A stretch of 64,000 bases of DNA from an uncultured Acidobacteriota bacterium (GCA_963763535.1 CAVXOX010000007.1:60556-124555), one strand, 5' to 3'; counted from the stretch's first letter, positions 50,818 to 59,832 are shown. The notes: generated by a model from the sequence alone, not told the origin. A program made the numbers and translations.

Positions 50818-52731
50818 CTAACGCGCGGAGGCAACGGCCGGCGCGGCCGCCTTCTCGATGCGGATCGCGCTCGCCTTGAACTCCGCGGTGCCGGACTTCG
50901 GATCGATCGCGTCGATCGTGAGGACGTTCGTCGCGACCTCGTCCTGGAAGTGCAGCGTCATGAAGGCGAGCCCGGGCCGGAGCGTCGTGTCGTAGCGCGC
51001 CGGCACCTCGATCGATCCCCGGCGCGAGACCGCTCGGACGACCTCGCCGTCCGCCACGCCGAGCCGCGCGCCGTCCTCGGGCGCGATATCGAGCGTCTCC
51101 CCGCGCCGCAGCGGCGAGGAGTACCCGGCCGTCTGGACGCCCGTGTTGTACGAGTCGAGCCGCCGCCCGGTCGTCAGGCGGATCGGGAACTCGGCGTCGA
51201 GCGCCTCGACCGGCGGCTCGTGCTCGACCGCGTGGAACGGCGCGCGCGGCCCTTCGACGGGATCCTCCCAGAGCCGGCCATGGAGGAACGGGCTTCCGGG
51301 ATGCGTCTCGTCGGGGCACGGCCACTGGAGCCCGCCGAGCGCCTCGAGGCGCGCGTAGCTCATGCCGCGGTGCCAGGGGGAGAGCGAGCGCAGCTCGTTC
51401 CAGACCTCTTCGCCGGAGGGACTGCCCCAGTCGGTGCCGAGGCGCCGCGCGAGGTCGGACAGGATCGCGAGGTCGGTGCGCGCCGAGCCGGGCGGATCGA
51501 GCGCCCTGCGCACGCGCTGCACCCGCCGCTCGCTCGACGTCACCGTGCCCTCGTCCTCGCACCACGAGGCCGCCGCGGGCAGGACGACGTCGGCGATCTC
51601 GGCCGTCTTCGTCAGGAAGATGTCCTGGACGACGACGTGGTCGAGTCTCTCGAGGAGGTGGATCGCCCGGTTCTGGTCCGCCTCCGACTGCACCGGGTTC
51701 TCGCCGAGAACGTAGAGGGCACCGAGCTTCCCGTGCTCCATCGCCTCGAACATCTGCGCGAGGTGCCAGCCGGTCTTCGGCGGGATCGGGCTTCCCCAGA
51801 CGCGCTCGAACTTCGCGCGCGCGGCCGGGTCCTCGACATCCTGGCCGCCCGGCAGCTTGTTCGGCAACGCGCCCATGTCGCCGCCGCCCTGGACGTTGTT
51901 CTGGCCGCGCAGCGGACAGACGCCCGAGCCCCAGCGTCCGACGTGGCCGGTCAGGAGCGAGAGGTTGATCAGCGCGAACACGTTGTCGACCGCGTTGTGA
52001 TGCTCGGTGATGCCGAGCGTCCAGCACAGCTGCGCGGTCTTCGCCTTCGCGTAGGCGTGCGCGACCTCGCGGATCGCCGCGGCCGGGACGCCCGTCTCCT
52101 TCTCCGCGTACGCGAGCGTGTACTTCTCGACGCCCTCGCGGTATGCGTCGAATCCTTTCGTCGCCTTCTCGATGAAGGCCCGGTTCTCGAGCCCCGCGTG
52201 GAGGATCTCGCGGCCTATCGCGTTGGCGAGCGCGATGTCCGAGCCCACGTCGAGGCCGAGCCACGCGTCGGCCCACTGCGCGGAGACCGTGCGCCGCGGG
52301 TCGACGACCACGAGGCGCGCGCCGCGCCGGAGCCCCTTCAGCACGTGGTGGAAGTAGATCGGGTGCGCCTCGCGGGCGTTCGATCCCCACAGGAGGATGA
52401 GCTCCGTCTCCTCCGCCTCGCGGTACGAGCTCGTCCCGCCGCCCGCTCCGAACACCGCCGTCAGACCGACGACGCTGGGGGCGTGTCAGGTCCGGTTGCA
52501 GCTGTCGATGTGGTTCGTGCCGAGGACCGCGCGCGCGAACTTCTGGGCGAGGTAGTTGACCTCGTTGGTCGCCTTCGAGCAGGAGAAGAGGCCGATCGCG
52601 TTCGCGCCCTTCTCCGCCTTCACGCGCCGGAATCCTTCCGCGGCGCGGTCGAGCGCCTCGTCCCAGGAGGCGGGGCGCAGCCGCCCGCCCTCGCGCACCA
52701 TCGGTTCCGTCAGCCGAACGTAGGGCTTCAT
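50818..52731 (-). CDS. fdhA: formate dehydrogenase catalytic (molybdopterin) subunit lacking the N-terminal Fe-S domains; in-frame TGA = selenocysteine at 52486-52488
   Basis: GAGGAA lies 6 nt before the ATG at 52731. The sequence MKPYVRLTEPMVREGGRLRPASWDEALD...GTNHIDSCNRT-TGA-HAPSVVGLTAVFGAGGGTSSYREAEE continues in the same frame into ORF 50818..52455. The molybdopterin and dinucleotide-binding regions run to the C-terminus. Confidence 0.85.
52456..52488 (-). other. UGA codon plus SECIS-like hairpin
   Basis: The minus strand reads UGA CACGCCCCCAG, then the stem CGUCGUC, loop GGUCU, and stem GACGGCG. The stem is 7 bp including one G-U pair. The stem starts 11 nt after UGA and is extendable by C-G and A-U pairs across a 1x1 mismatch. 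The GGUCUG apical sequence matches that of the E. coli fdhF SECIS. Confidence 0.7.
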
Positions 52732-52927
52732 GGTTCGTTCCTCACGGAGCCAGCCTAGCGCCGCCGGGTCGAGGGTGACAAGCGGCCGTTCAGCGGACCC
52801 GGCCCTTCGCCTCGGCGTCGTTGCCGCAGGGGGGACGGGTTCCGCAGGGCCGGAGGCCGCTTGCGGGGCCGGACCGTTGATTCGATCGCATCTCGCGCTT
52901 CTCGCCTTTCGGGAGAACGATGTGCCC

Positions 52928-53641
52928 ATGAGCGCGCAAATCGAAAAACACCTGCCCGTCGTGATTCCCGCCGGGGGCGAGTCCCTCCGCGGGGATCTCG
53001 CCATTCCTTCCTCGGCCCTCGGGATCGTCGTCTTCGCCCACGGCAGCGGCAGCAGCCGAAGGAGTCCGCGCAACCGCTACGTCGCCGAGCACCTTCGCGA
53101 GGCCAGCCTGGCCACGCTGTTGCTCGACCTGTTGACCGAGGAGGAGGAGTCCGTCGACTTCGAGACGGCGCACCTGCGCTTCGACATCCCGTTTCTGGCG
53201 GGGCGGCTTCTCGCCGCGATGCGCTGGGTCCGGGAAAGACCCGAGACGGCGAAGCTGCCGCTCGGACTCTTCGGCGCGTCCACCGGGGCGGCCGCGGCGC
53301 TGGTGGCCGCGGCGCTGGCCCCCGAGGCCGTGCGCGCCGTCGTGTCCCGCGGGGGCCGGCCGGATCTTGCGGGCGAGGCGCTTGGCCGCGTGCAGGCCCC
53401 GACGCTCCTGATCGTCGGCGGTCACGACGTCGACGTGCTCGCCCTCAATCGCGCCGCGCAGGCTCGGCTCGGCGGCGAGTCTCGGCTCTCGGTCGTTCCC
53501 GGCGCGTCGCACCTCTTCGAAGAGCCGGGAACACTCGCCGACGTCGCGCGACTCGCGGCGGCATGGTTCCGAGGCCACTGCGGCGCGCTGTGGGCCCCCT
53601 CGGGCGCCGACCTGCTCGAGGCGTCGGTGCGGGGGGAGTGA
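52928..53641 (+). CDS. dienelactone-hydrolase-like alpha/beta hydrolase
   Basis: MSAQIEKHLPVVIPAGGESLRGDL...[16 protein letters not shown], with the nucleophile elbow GASTGAAAA and GASHLFEEPG. Confidence 0.7.
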   Translation: MSAQIEKHLPVVIPAGGESLRGDLAIPSSALGIVVFAHGSGSSRRSPRNRYVAEHLREASLATLLLDLLTEEEESVDFETAHLRFDIPFLAGRLLAAMRWVRERPETAKLPLGLFGASTGAAAALVAAALAPEAVRAVVSRGGRPDLAGEALGRVQAPTLLIVGGHDVDVLALNRAAQARLGGESRLSVVPGASHLFEEPGTLADVARLAAAWFRGHCGALWAPSGADLLEASVRGE

Positions 53642-53645
53642 TCCG

Positions 53646-54320
53646 GTGTTCTACGTGGATCGCGCTCACGCCGGGCACGCGCTCGCCGAGGCACTGCGTC
53701 CATATGCGGGGCGGCCGGACGTGGTCGTTCTCGGCCTTCCTCGCGGAGGCGTTCCCGTGGCCTTTCGCGTTGCCGAGGCGCTCGACGTGCCCCTCGACGT
53801 CTTTCTCGTCCGAAAACTCGGTTTCCCCGGCAGCGAGGAATTCGCCATGGGGGCGATCGCCTCGGGCGGCGTCCGCGTCTTGAACCGGCCGGTGCTCGAC
53901 CGGTACGGCGTTCCCGAGGCCCTGGTCGAGACCGTCGCGTCGCGGGAGGGCCTCGAGCTCGCGCGACGCGAGAAGTCGTATCGCGGCGGCCTCCCACCGC
54001 TCGACGTGCGCGGGAAGACGGTGATCGTCGTGGACGACGGGCTCGCGACCGGCTTTTCCATGAAAGCGGCGGTGACGGCGCTCCGCGCGCTCGGGCCACG
54101 GAAGGTGGTCGTCGCGGTTCCGGTCGGTCCCCGGGCAACCGTCCAGGAACTGCGCCGCCTCGCCGACGAGGTCGTCTGCCCGGCGATGCCCGACCCGTTC
54201 ATCGCCGTCGGGCGCTTCTACGAGAACTTCGAGCAGACGTCGGACCGCGATGTGATCGATTTGCTGTCTCGGGCGCGCCGCCTCGCGCCCTCGCCCGAGG
54301 CCGCCGGGAGGCCCCTATGA
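53646..54320 (+). CDS. phosphoribosyltransferase-family protein
   Basis: The GTG start gives ...VVLGLPRGGVPVA. The PRPP motif is VIVVDDGLATGFS. Confidence 0.75.
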   Translation: MFYVDRAHAGHALAEALRPYAGRPDVVVLGLPRGGVPVAFRVAEALDVPLDVFLVRKLGFPGSEEFAMGAIASGGVRVLNRPVLDRYGVPEALVETVASREGLELARREKSYRGGLPPLDVRGKTVIVVDDGLATGFSMKAAVTALRALGPRKVVVAVPVGPRATVQELRRLADEVVCPAMPDPFIAVGRFYENFEQTSDRDVIDLLSRARRLAPSPEAAGRPL

Positions 54321-54706
54321 AGACGACGGAAGTGCCCGCGCGCGATTGGACGGCGTTCTTCGACTCGTTCAGCCGGCGCCACGAGGGCTGGCTGGTCAAG
54401 CTCTCCGTGCTCGATCCCAAGCTGGGTGCTCAGGTCGAGGCGATCGAGCTGCCACTCCGGGGGATCGTGGCCGATCCCCACGGGCGAGGCATCGCGATCC
54501 TGCTCGGCCCGCGCCCGGATGACCTCGAGCACTCGGTGCGGCATCCGCAGCGCGTGTGGATCGAGCTCGCCGGCGACCGCGACGAGGCCGAGGCGGCGCT
54601 CGAGATCGAGTCCGCGGACGGCACGAGGGCGATCCTCGAGTTCCGTTGCGTCGCCCTGCCCGAGACGGTCGACGGGCTCGCCGCGACGGTGACAGCCGCT
54701 CAGTAG
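54317..54706 (+). CDS. DUF5335-like small protein
   Basis: 129 aa. The ATG overlaps the upstream stop (ATGA). The family call is from memory of the pattern WTAFFDSFSRRHEGWLV... Confidence 0.45.
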   Translation: MKTTEVPARDWTAFFDSFSRRHEGWLVKLSVLDPKLGAQVEAIELPLRGIVADPHGRGIAILLGPRPDDLEHSVRHPQRVWIELAGDRDEAEAALEIESADGTRAILEFRCVALPETVDGLAATVTAAQ

Positions 54707-55215
54707 CGGATCGACGATCCGATCGGCGTCCCCGGCTTCAGCGGCGGGGCGAGCCGTTGCCTCTCGCAGATCGCCTGAAACGTTCCGACGAGGTCCGCCC
54801 AGGACGGCCCGTCCTCACCGGCCGGCGTCGCCCTCAGGGCGAGATCGTCGAGCGTCACGATTCCGCGAAGCGTTCCGTCGGCGCCGAGGACCGGAAGCCG
54901 ACGGACGCGCCAGCGCCGCATCAGCTGAAGCGCCCTCGAATGCGTCTCCTCTTCCTTCAGAAAGTGGACGTCGCGAGTCATCGCGCGATCGACCCGCACG
55001 TCGGAGGGTTTCGCGTCCTCCCGGGCGAGCGCGAGGCAGATGTCGCGGTCGGTCAACATCCCGACCGTCCGTCCGCGCTCGACGATCGGCAGGACGCCAC
55101 AGCGCGCCTCGCTCATCGCGAGGGCCGCCTCGGCGAGCGTGCTGTCGGGCGCGCAGGCTCGCGGTGCGGATGTCATCAGGTCTCTGATGTTCACGACAGA
55201 CTCCCAACCGGACAT
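54700..55215 (-). CDS. CBS-pair domain protein
   Basis: MSGWESVVNIRDLMTSAPRACAPDSTLAEAALAMSEARCGVLPIVERGRTVGMLTDRDI...MRRWRVRRLPVLGADGTLRGIVTLDDL. Confidence 0.7.
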   Translation of the reverse strand: MSGWESVVNIRDLMTSAPRACAPDSTLAEAALAMSEARCGVLPIVERGRTVGMLTDRDICLALAREDAKPSDVRVDRAMTRDVHFLKEEETHSRALQLMRRWRVRRLPVLGADGTLRGIVTLDDLALRATPAGEDGPSWADLVGTFQAICERQRLAPPLKPGTPIGSSIRY

Positions 55216-55306
55216 CTTGTCTCCGCCGGCGGGCGGCAGAGTTGATCCGCTTGGATCATTCTTCGAGCCTCCCGATGAGGGATCGAATGGCAAGGGAGGT
55301 CTTCGA

Positions 55307-55557
55307 ATGAGACTGCGGGAGATCATGAAGGAGTCGGTCGAGACGGTCGGTCCCGTCAACACGGCCGACGTCGCCTGGGAGCGAATGGGTCAGTGGCGGA
55401 TTCGGCACCTCGTCGTCATGGAAGGCCGCGAGGTCGTGGGCATCCTGTCGCAGCGGGACATCGCGAGCGCTGCGGCGCGGAAGGTGCGGTCGAAGACCTG
55501 ATGAGCGCCCCTGCGGTGACCGCGGAGCCGCGAACCGCGGAGTCGAGCATCCGATGA
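55307..55557 (+). pseudogene. decayed CBS-pair gene (first CBS motif intact, then frameshift and premature stop)
   Basis: GGGAGG precedes the ATG. The first frame reads MRLREIMKESVETVGPVNTADVAWERMGQWRIRHLVVMEGREVVGILSQRDIA and stops at 55501. The expected second CBS start, EDLMSAPAVTAEPRTAESSIR, lies in another frame and ends at 55557. Confidence 0.45.
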
Positions 55558-55799
55558 GGCGCTCGGGGCGCCGCCTCGATCGCCGCACTCTCGGTCGGGC
55601 GCGCTCGAAGAGCCAGGACGTCGGAAAAGAGACGCTCGTTTGATGAATCCGCATCAGGATCGTCGAGGCCCGAGAAGATACGTTTCTCGCACCGATTGAA
55701 CGGCGGTCCGATCCACTCATCGTTGATCGCCAACCACGGCAGGAGGCGGGAACCCGCCTCCTATTTTATTGGGGGTGACGGACGCGCGAGCCGGCGGCG

Positions 55800-56198
55800 C
55801 TAGACGCGTCCCGTGTGCCGAGGCGGCCAGCGGTCGGCCGCCGCGCAGTCCGGACAACGGAAGAAGAGGGCCGGCTGCTCGACCATGTCGCGAGAGGCGG
55901 TCCCGCAGGCGCGGCAGGCGAAGGCACGCAGGCGCACCGCCTGCGCCTTCAGACGCACGACGCGGGGTTGCCCGAGCGCCCGGAGCTCCTCGAGGGTCCG
56001 GGGCTCCTCGAGAGCCGGTGCCTCCTCGAGAGCCGGGGGCTCCTCGAGGGTCAGCGCTCGGCCGTGCGGGTCGCAGGTGCAGCCGTCGCCCGGAAAGTGC
56101 GCCTCCGCGGCTCCCGCGCGGCACCACCTCTGCCGGCACCAGGTCCCCGGTGAGATCACCTCGCCCATGGGAGAAGGATGCGGCCGCCGGACGGACAC
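55800..56198 (-). CDS. hypothetical Cys-rich (zinc-ribbon-like) protein containing a hexapeptide repeat
   Basis: Third-position GC is high in this frame. Cys pairs are WCRQRWC, CTC, CRAC and CPDC. The repeat is LEEPPA/LEEAPA/LEEPRT. The start (GTG 56198 or ATG 56168) is uncertain. Confidence 0.3.
   Translation of the reverse strand: MSVRRPHPSPMGEVISPGTWCRQRWCRAGAAEAHFPGDGCTCDPHGRALTLEEPPALEEAPALEEPRTLEELRALGQPRVVRLKAQAVRLRAFACRACGTASRDMVEQPALFFRCPDCAAADRWPPRHTGRV
55985..56056. repeat. 18-bp tandem repeat, 4 units, each containing ctcgag
   Basis: Units start at 55985, 56003, 56021 and 56039: gctcctcgagggtccggg / gctcctcgagagccggtg / cctcctcgagagccgggg / gctcctcgagggtcagcg. Confidence 0.8.
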
Positions 56199-56245
56199 AT
56201 GATGTCCGGCCGAAGGTTGGTATCGTCCTGGCAGGAGGCGAGGGC

Positions 56246-56467
56246 ATGAGAACGATCGGCATCATTCTTTTGGTCGCCGGACTCGTCGGGTTCGTCGTGA
56301 CCTCGAGCCGGCGCGGCGGCTACGATTCCGTCGAGGGGGCGCTCAAGACGACGTTTTCCTCGAGCGAACGGGCGAAGAAGGAGGGGTTCGAGACGGGCCG
56401 CTGGGTGTCGGCCGGCGTGGCGGTCGTGGGCCTCGTCCTCGTCTTCGTGCCGGGGAAGCGGGCCTAG
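56246..56467 (+). CDS. small two-TM membrane protein (73 aa)
   Basis: AGGAGG lies 7 nt before the ATG. MRTIGIILLVAGLVGFVVTSSRRGG...GRWVSAGVAVVGLVLVFVPGKRA. Confidence 0.5.
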   Translation: MRTIGIILLVAGLVGFVVTSSRRGGYDSVEGALKTTFSSSERAKKEGFETGRWVSAGVAVVGLVLVFVPGKRA

Positions 56468-57973
56468 ACCGGCGTCGGGAGGGCGGCCGCCTCCGCCTTC
56501 AGGAACGCGTCGATCGCGCCCGCGGCCTTGCGGCCGTGGCCCATCGCGAGGATCACCGTGGAGGCGCCCGCGACGATGTCGCCGCCCGCAAAGACGCCCC
56601 TGCGGGTCGTCATCATCGTGGCCTCGTCCACGACGAGCGTGCCGTGGCGGGTCGTGGACAGTCCGGGCGTCGTCTTCGGGATGAGTGGGTTCGGGCCGTT
56701 TCCGATCGCCTCGATGACGATCTGGACTGGCAGCTCCTCGTAGGCGTCCTCGATCGGCACCGGCCGGCGGCGGCCCTTCTCGTCGGGCTCGCCGAGCTCG
56801 CAACGCTGGACCTTCAGCGCCCGGACCCAGCCGTCCGCGCCGGTGAGGATCTCGACCGGAGCGGAGAGCATGCGGAACTCGACGCCCTCCTCCTCGGCGT
56901 GGTGGACCTCCTCGAGGCGCGCCGGCATCTCCTCGCGGGAGCGGCGGTACACGAGGTAGACGTTCTTCGCGCCGAGGCGGAGCGCGGTCCGCGCCGCGTC
57001 CATCGCGACGTTGCCCCCGCCGAGGACCGCGACGTCGTCGCGGCGGAGGACCGGCGTGTCCTCCTCCGGGAAAGCGGTACGCGCCCATCAGGTTCGCGCG
57101 CGTGAGGTACTCGTTGGCGGAGTAGACGCCGTTGGCGTCCTCGCCCGGGATGTTGACGAAATAGGGGAGGCCCGCGCCCGTCGCGACGTAGACGGCGTCG
57201 AAGCCCTCCTCGAAGAGCTCGTCGAGCGTGAACGTCTGGCCGACGATCGTGTCGAACTCGAACTCGCACGCCCATCGTTCGAGAGGTTGTCGACCTCGGC
57301 CTGGACGATCGTCCTTCGGCAGGCGGAACTCGGGGATGCCATAGACGAGGACGCCGCCCGCCTTGTGGAATGCCTCGAAGACGACGGCCTCGTGGCCGTA
57401 GCGGCGCAGGTCGCCGGCGCACGCGAGGCCGGATGGGCCGGCGCCGATGATCGCGACGCGGCGGCCCGTCGGCGCGCCGACCGACGGCAGCTCGACGCCG
57501 CCCTCCTCGCGCTCCCAGTCGGCGAGGAACGCCTCGATCTTGCCGACCGACACCGCGAAGCCGAGGTCCTTGTGGACCTTGGCGACCATGCAGTTCTCCT
57601 GGCACTGGCTCTCCTGCGGACAGACGCGCCCGCAGATCGCCGGCAGGAGGTTGGTCTCCTTGATGCGGCGGATCGCGCCCCGGAAGTCGCCGTCGGCCAC
57701 GAGCCGGAGGAACCCGGGCACGTCCACGCCGACCGGGCAGCCCGACACGCACGGCTCGTTCTTGCACGAGAGGCAGCGCACCGCCTCGGCGCGCGCCTGG
57801 ATCGGCGTGTAGGCGAGCGGCACCTCGCGGGTGTTGCCGACGCGCTCGCGCGGGTCCTGCTCGGCCCAGAAGACCTTCGGCAGCTGGCCGCGCTCCTTGT
57901 TCTTCAGGTCGCCGCGGCGGTCGATCCGCGCGGCGAGCTCCTCGGGCGTCGGGTTGACGCGGGGGCCGCTCAC
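56464..57973 (-). pseudogene. nfnB: GltD-like NADPH oxidoreductase beta subunit (NfnB/SudA-like) with three frameshifts
   Basis: The GTG overlaps the nfnA stop (GTGA). Motifs are CLSCKNEPCVSGCPV, CGRVCPQESQCQENC and IIGAGPSGLACAG. The conserved text hops frames at about 57310, 57268 and 57067. The C-terminal 179 aa lie in ORF 56464..57003. The span is 1510 nt (3n+1). Confidence 0.75.
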
Positions 57974-58902
57974 CGCGCCGCCCGCTCCGCGGCCGCGGCC
58001 GGCGCGGAGAGCCGGCACTTGTGGTCGCGCTCGCGCTCGGGTTCCCGCTCACGGTACCGCGCGAGGCTCGCGGCCTCCTCCGGCTTGTACATGGCCTGCC
58101 GGCGCATCATGCCGTCGAAGTCGACCTGGTGCCCGTCGAACTCGGGTCCATCGACGCAGACGTAGCGCGCCGTGCCGCCGACCATGACGCGGCAGCCGCC
58201 GCACATCCCGGTGCCGTCCACCATGATCGTGTTGAGGCTGACGAGCGTCGGGACGCGGTAGGGCTCCGTCGTCTTCGAGACGAACTTCATCATCGGCGGC
58301 GGGCCGATCGCGATCGCGAGGTCGACGTCCGAGCCGGCCGCGCGGCGGCGCTCGATCGCGCCCTTCAGGACGTCGGTGACGAAGCCCTTCTGGCCGTAGG
58401 AGCCGTCGTCGGTGCAAACGAGGAGCTCGCTCGAGACGGCGCGGAGACGGTCCTCGAAGACGAGGAGGTCCCGGCGGCGCGCGCCGAGCACGGTGACGAC
58501 CTCGTGGCCGGCCTCGCGGAAGGCGCGGGCGATGGGAAGCATCGGCGCGGCCCCGATGCCGCCGGCGACGCACGCGACGACGCCGCGGAAGTCGTCGGGT
58601 TTGCCGGGGACGCCGATGTGCGTGGGGTTGCCGAGGGGGCCCGCGACGTTGGCGAATTCGTCGCCCTCCGCGAAGGCCTCCGTCATCTCGATCGTCGTCT
58701 TGCCGACGGCCTGCACGACGAGCGTGATCGTCCCGCGCTCCCGATCGACGTCGGCGATCGTCAGGGGGATGCGCTCGGAGGCGGAGTGGGGCCGCACCAT
58801 GACGAACTGTCCCGCCCGGTGGCGCCGCGCGACGCGGGGCGCTTCGACTTCGAAGAGGCTGACGTTTTCGCCGAGGGTCTTCTTCAGGACGATGGGAAAC
58901 AT
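57970..58902 (-). CDS. nfnA: ferredoxin-NADP reductase-like FAD/2Fe-2S subunit (NfnA/SudB-like)
   Basis: MFPIVLKKTLGENVSLFEVEAPRVARRHRAGQFVMVR...ACVAGGIGAAPMLPIARA...GTGMCGGCRV...YVCVDGPEF. Confidence 0.75.
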   Translation of the reverse strand: MFPIVLKKTLGENVSLFEVEAPRVARRHRAGQFVMVRPHSASERIPLTIADVDRERGTITLVVQAVGKTTIEMTEAFAEGDEFANVAGPLGNPTHIGVPGKPDDFRGVVACVAGGIGAAPMLPIARAFREAGHEVVTVLGARRRDLLVFEDRLRAVSSELLVCTDDGSYGQKGFVTDVLKGAIERRRAAGSDVDLAIAIGPPPMMKFVSKTTEPYRVPTLVSLNTIMVDGTGMCGGCRVMVGGTARYVCVDGPEFDGHQVDFDGMMRRQAMYKPEEAASLARYREREPERERDHKCRLSAPAAAAERAAR

Positions 58903-59023
58903 ACGGGGATGGTCGCCCGGAGCGGGGCTCCGGCCGAAGATGCGTTTGCATCAGATCCGGCGAAAGTGCGCGTTGCCGGGCGACCATCGAAGCGTGAACC
59001 CCTCTCCCGGCGGGAGGGGGGAG

Positions 59024-59044
59024 GGCGAGGGGTCTCCCCTCGCC
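59024..59044 (-). repeat. perfect 9-bp GC hairpin within a ccctctccc/gggagggg-type intergenic element
   Basis: The hairpin is ggcgagggg-tct-cccctcgcc, preceded by cccctctcccggcgggagggggg. It lies downstream of the cytochrome c gene on the minus strand, with no U-run. Confidence 0.4.
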
Positions 59045-59124
59045 AGAGGGGCCGGCCGCGGCCGAAGGCCGCGCCTCGCGAAGCGAGAGGGGCAGGGGTG
59101 AGGGGCGGTCGGCCGCCTATTTGG

Positions 59125-59832
59125 TTACTTGGCGGGCGCCGCCGTCGGCGCCGCCGGGGGCTTTCCCGCGGTTCCCGAGTAGTACGCCGCGAGTCCCGCG
59201 ATCTCCGCATCGGTCAGGTGCCGGCAGACCTCGCGCATCACGTGGTAAACGTCGTTGGCGCGCTCGCCCGACCGGAACGTCGTCAGCTGGAGCGACATGT
59301 CGTCGAACTTCTGGCCGGAGAGCTTCGGCATGCCGTAGGACCCCCGGTCGCCCGCGCCCCGGTTGCCGTGGCACGCGTCGCAGGCCGGCATCAGGCGCGC
59401 GCCGTCGCCCATGCGCGCGAGCGGGAGGACGGCGGCCGCTTCCGGCACAACGGCCGTGGCGCCCGGCGCCGGCGGCAACGACGCGTAGAACGCCGCGAGG
59501 TCGGCCATGTCCTTCTCGGAGAGCGGCTTGACCGCCTCGCCCATGATCGGGCTCGTGCGCGTGCCCTCCTTGTAGTCGGCGAGCTGCTTGAACGTGTAGA
59601 GGGCGTCCTGGCCCGCGAGGTTCGGGATGTCCGGCGTGTCGATCACGGCGGCGTCGCCGTGGCAGCCGGCGCAGTCGCCGTGGAGCTGCTTGCCGTGCGC
59701 GGCGTTGCCCGAGCGGACGAACTGGACCGTCTCGACCGTCCACGCCACCTTCGAGGACGGGCCGCTCGCGGAGACCGACGCGGCGAGCGCGCCCGCGAGC
59801 GCCACCCCGGCCGCCGCGCTCCCAGGCCTCAT
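59125..59832 (-). CDS. dihaem cytochrome c (c4-like)
   Basis: It has a signal peptide and two haem motifs, CAGCH and CDACH. Each is followed by a Met-containing segment (SPIMGE; YGMPKL). The ATG overlaps the oxidase subunit I stop (ATGA). Confidence 0.8.
   Translation of the reverse strand: MRPGSAAAGVALAGALAASVSASGPSSKVAWTVETVQFVRSGNAAHGKQLHGDCAGCHGDAAVIDTPDIPNLAGQDALYTFKQLADYKEGTRTSPIMGEAVKPLSEKDMADLAAFYASLPPAPGATAVVPEAAAVLPLARMGDGARLMPACDACHGNRGAGDRGSYGMPKLSGQKFDDMSLQLTTFRSGERANDVYHVMREVCRHLTDAEIAGLAAYYSGTAGKPPAAPTAAPAK

Noticed and set aside
55985-56056. CRISPR array candidates (the 18-bp and 27-bp tandem repeats, and collagen repeats)
   Set aside because: These repeats are directly adjacent with no spacers, they are too short, and they lie inside coding frames. 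No cas genes are present.
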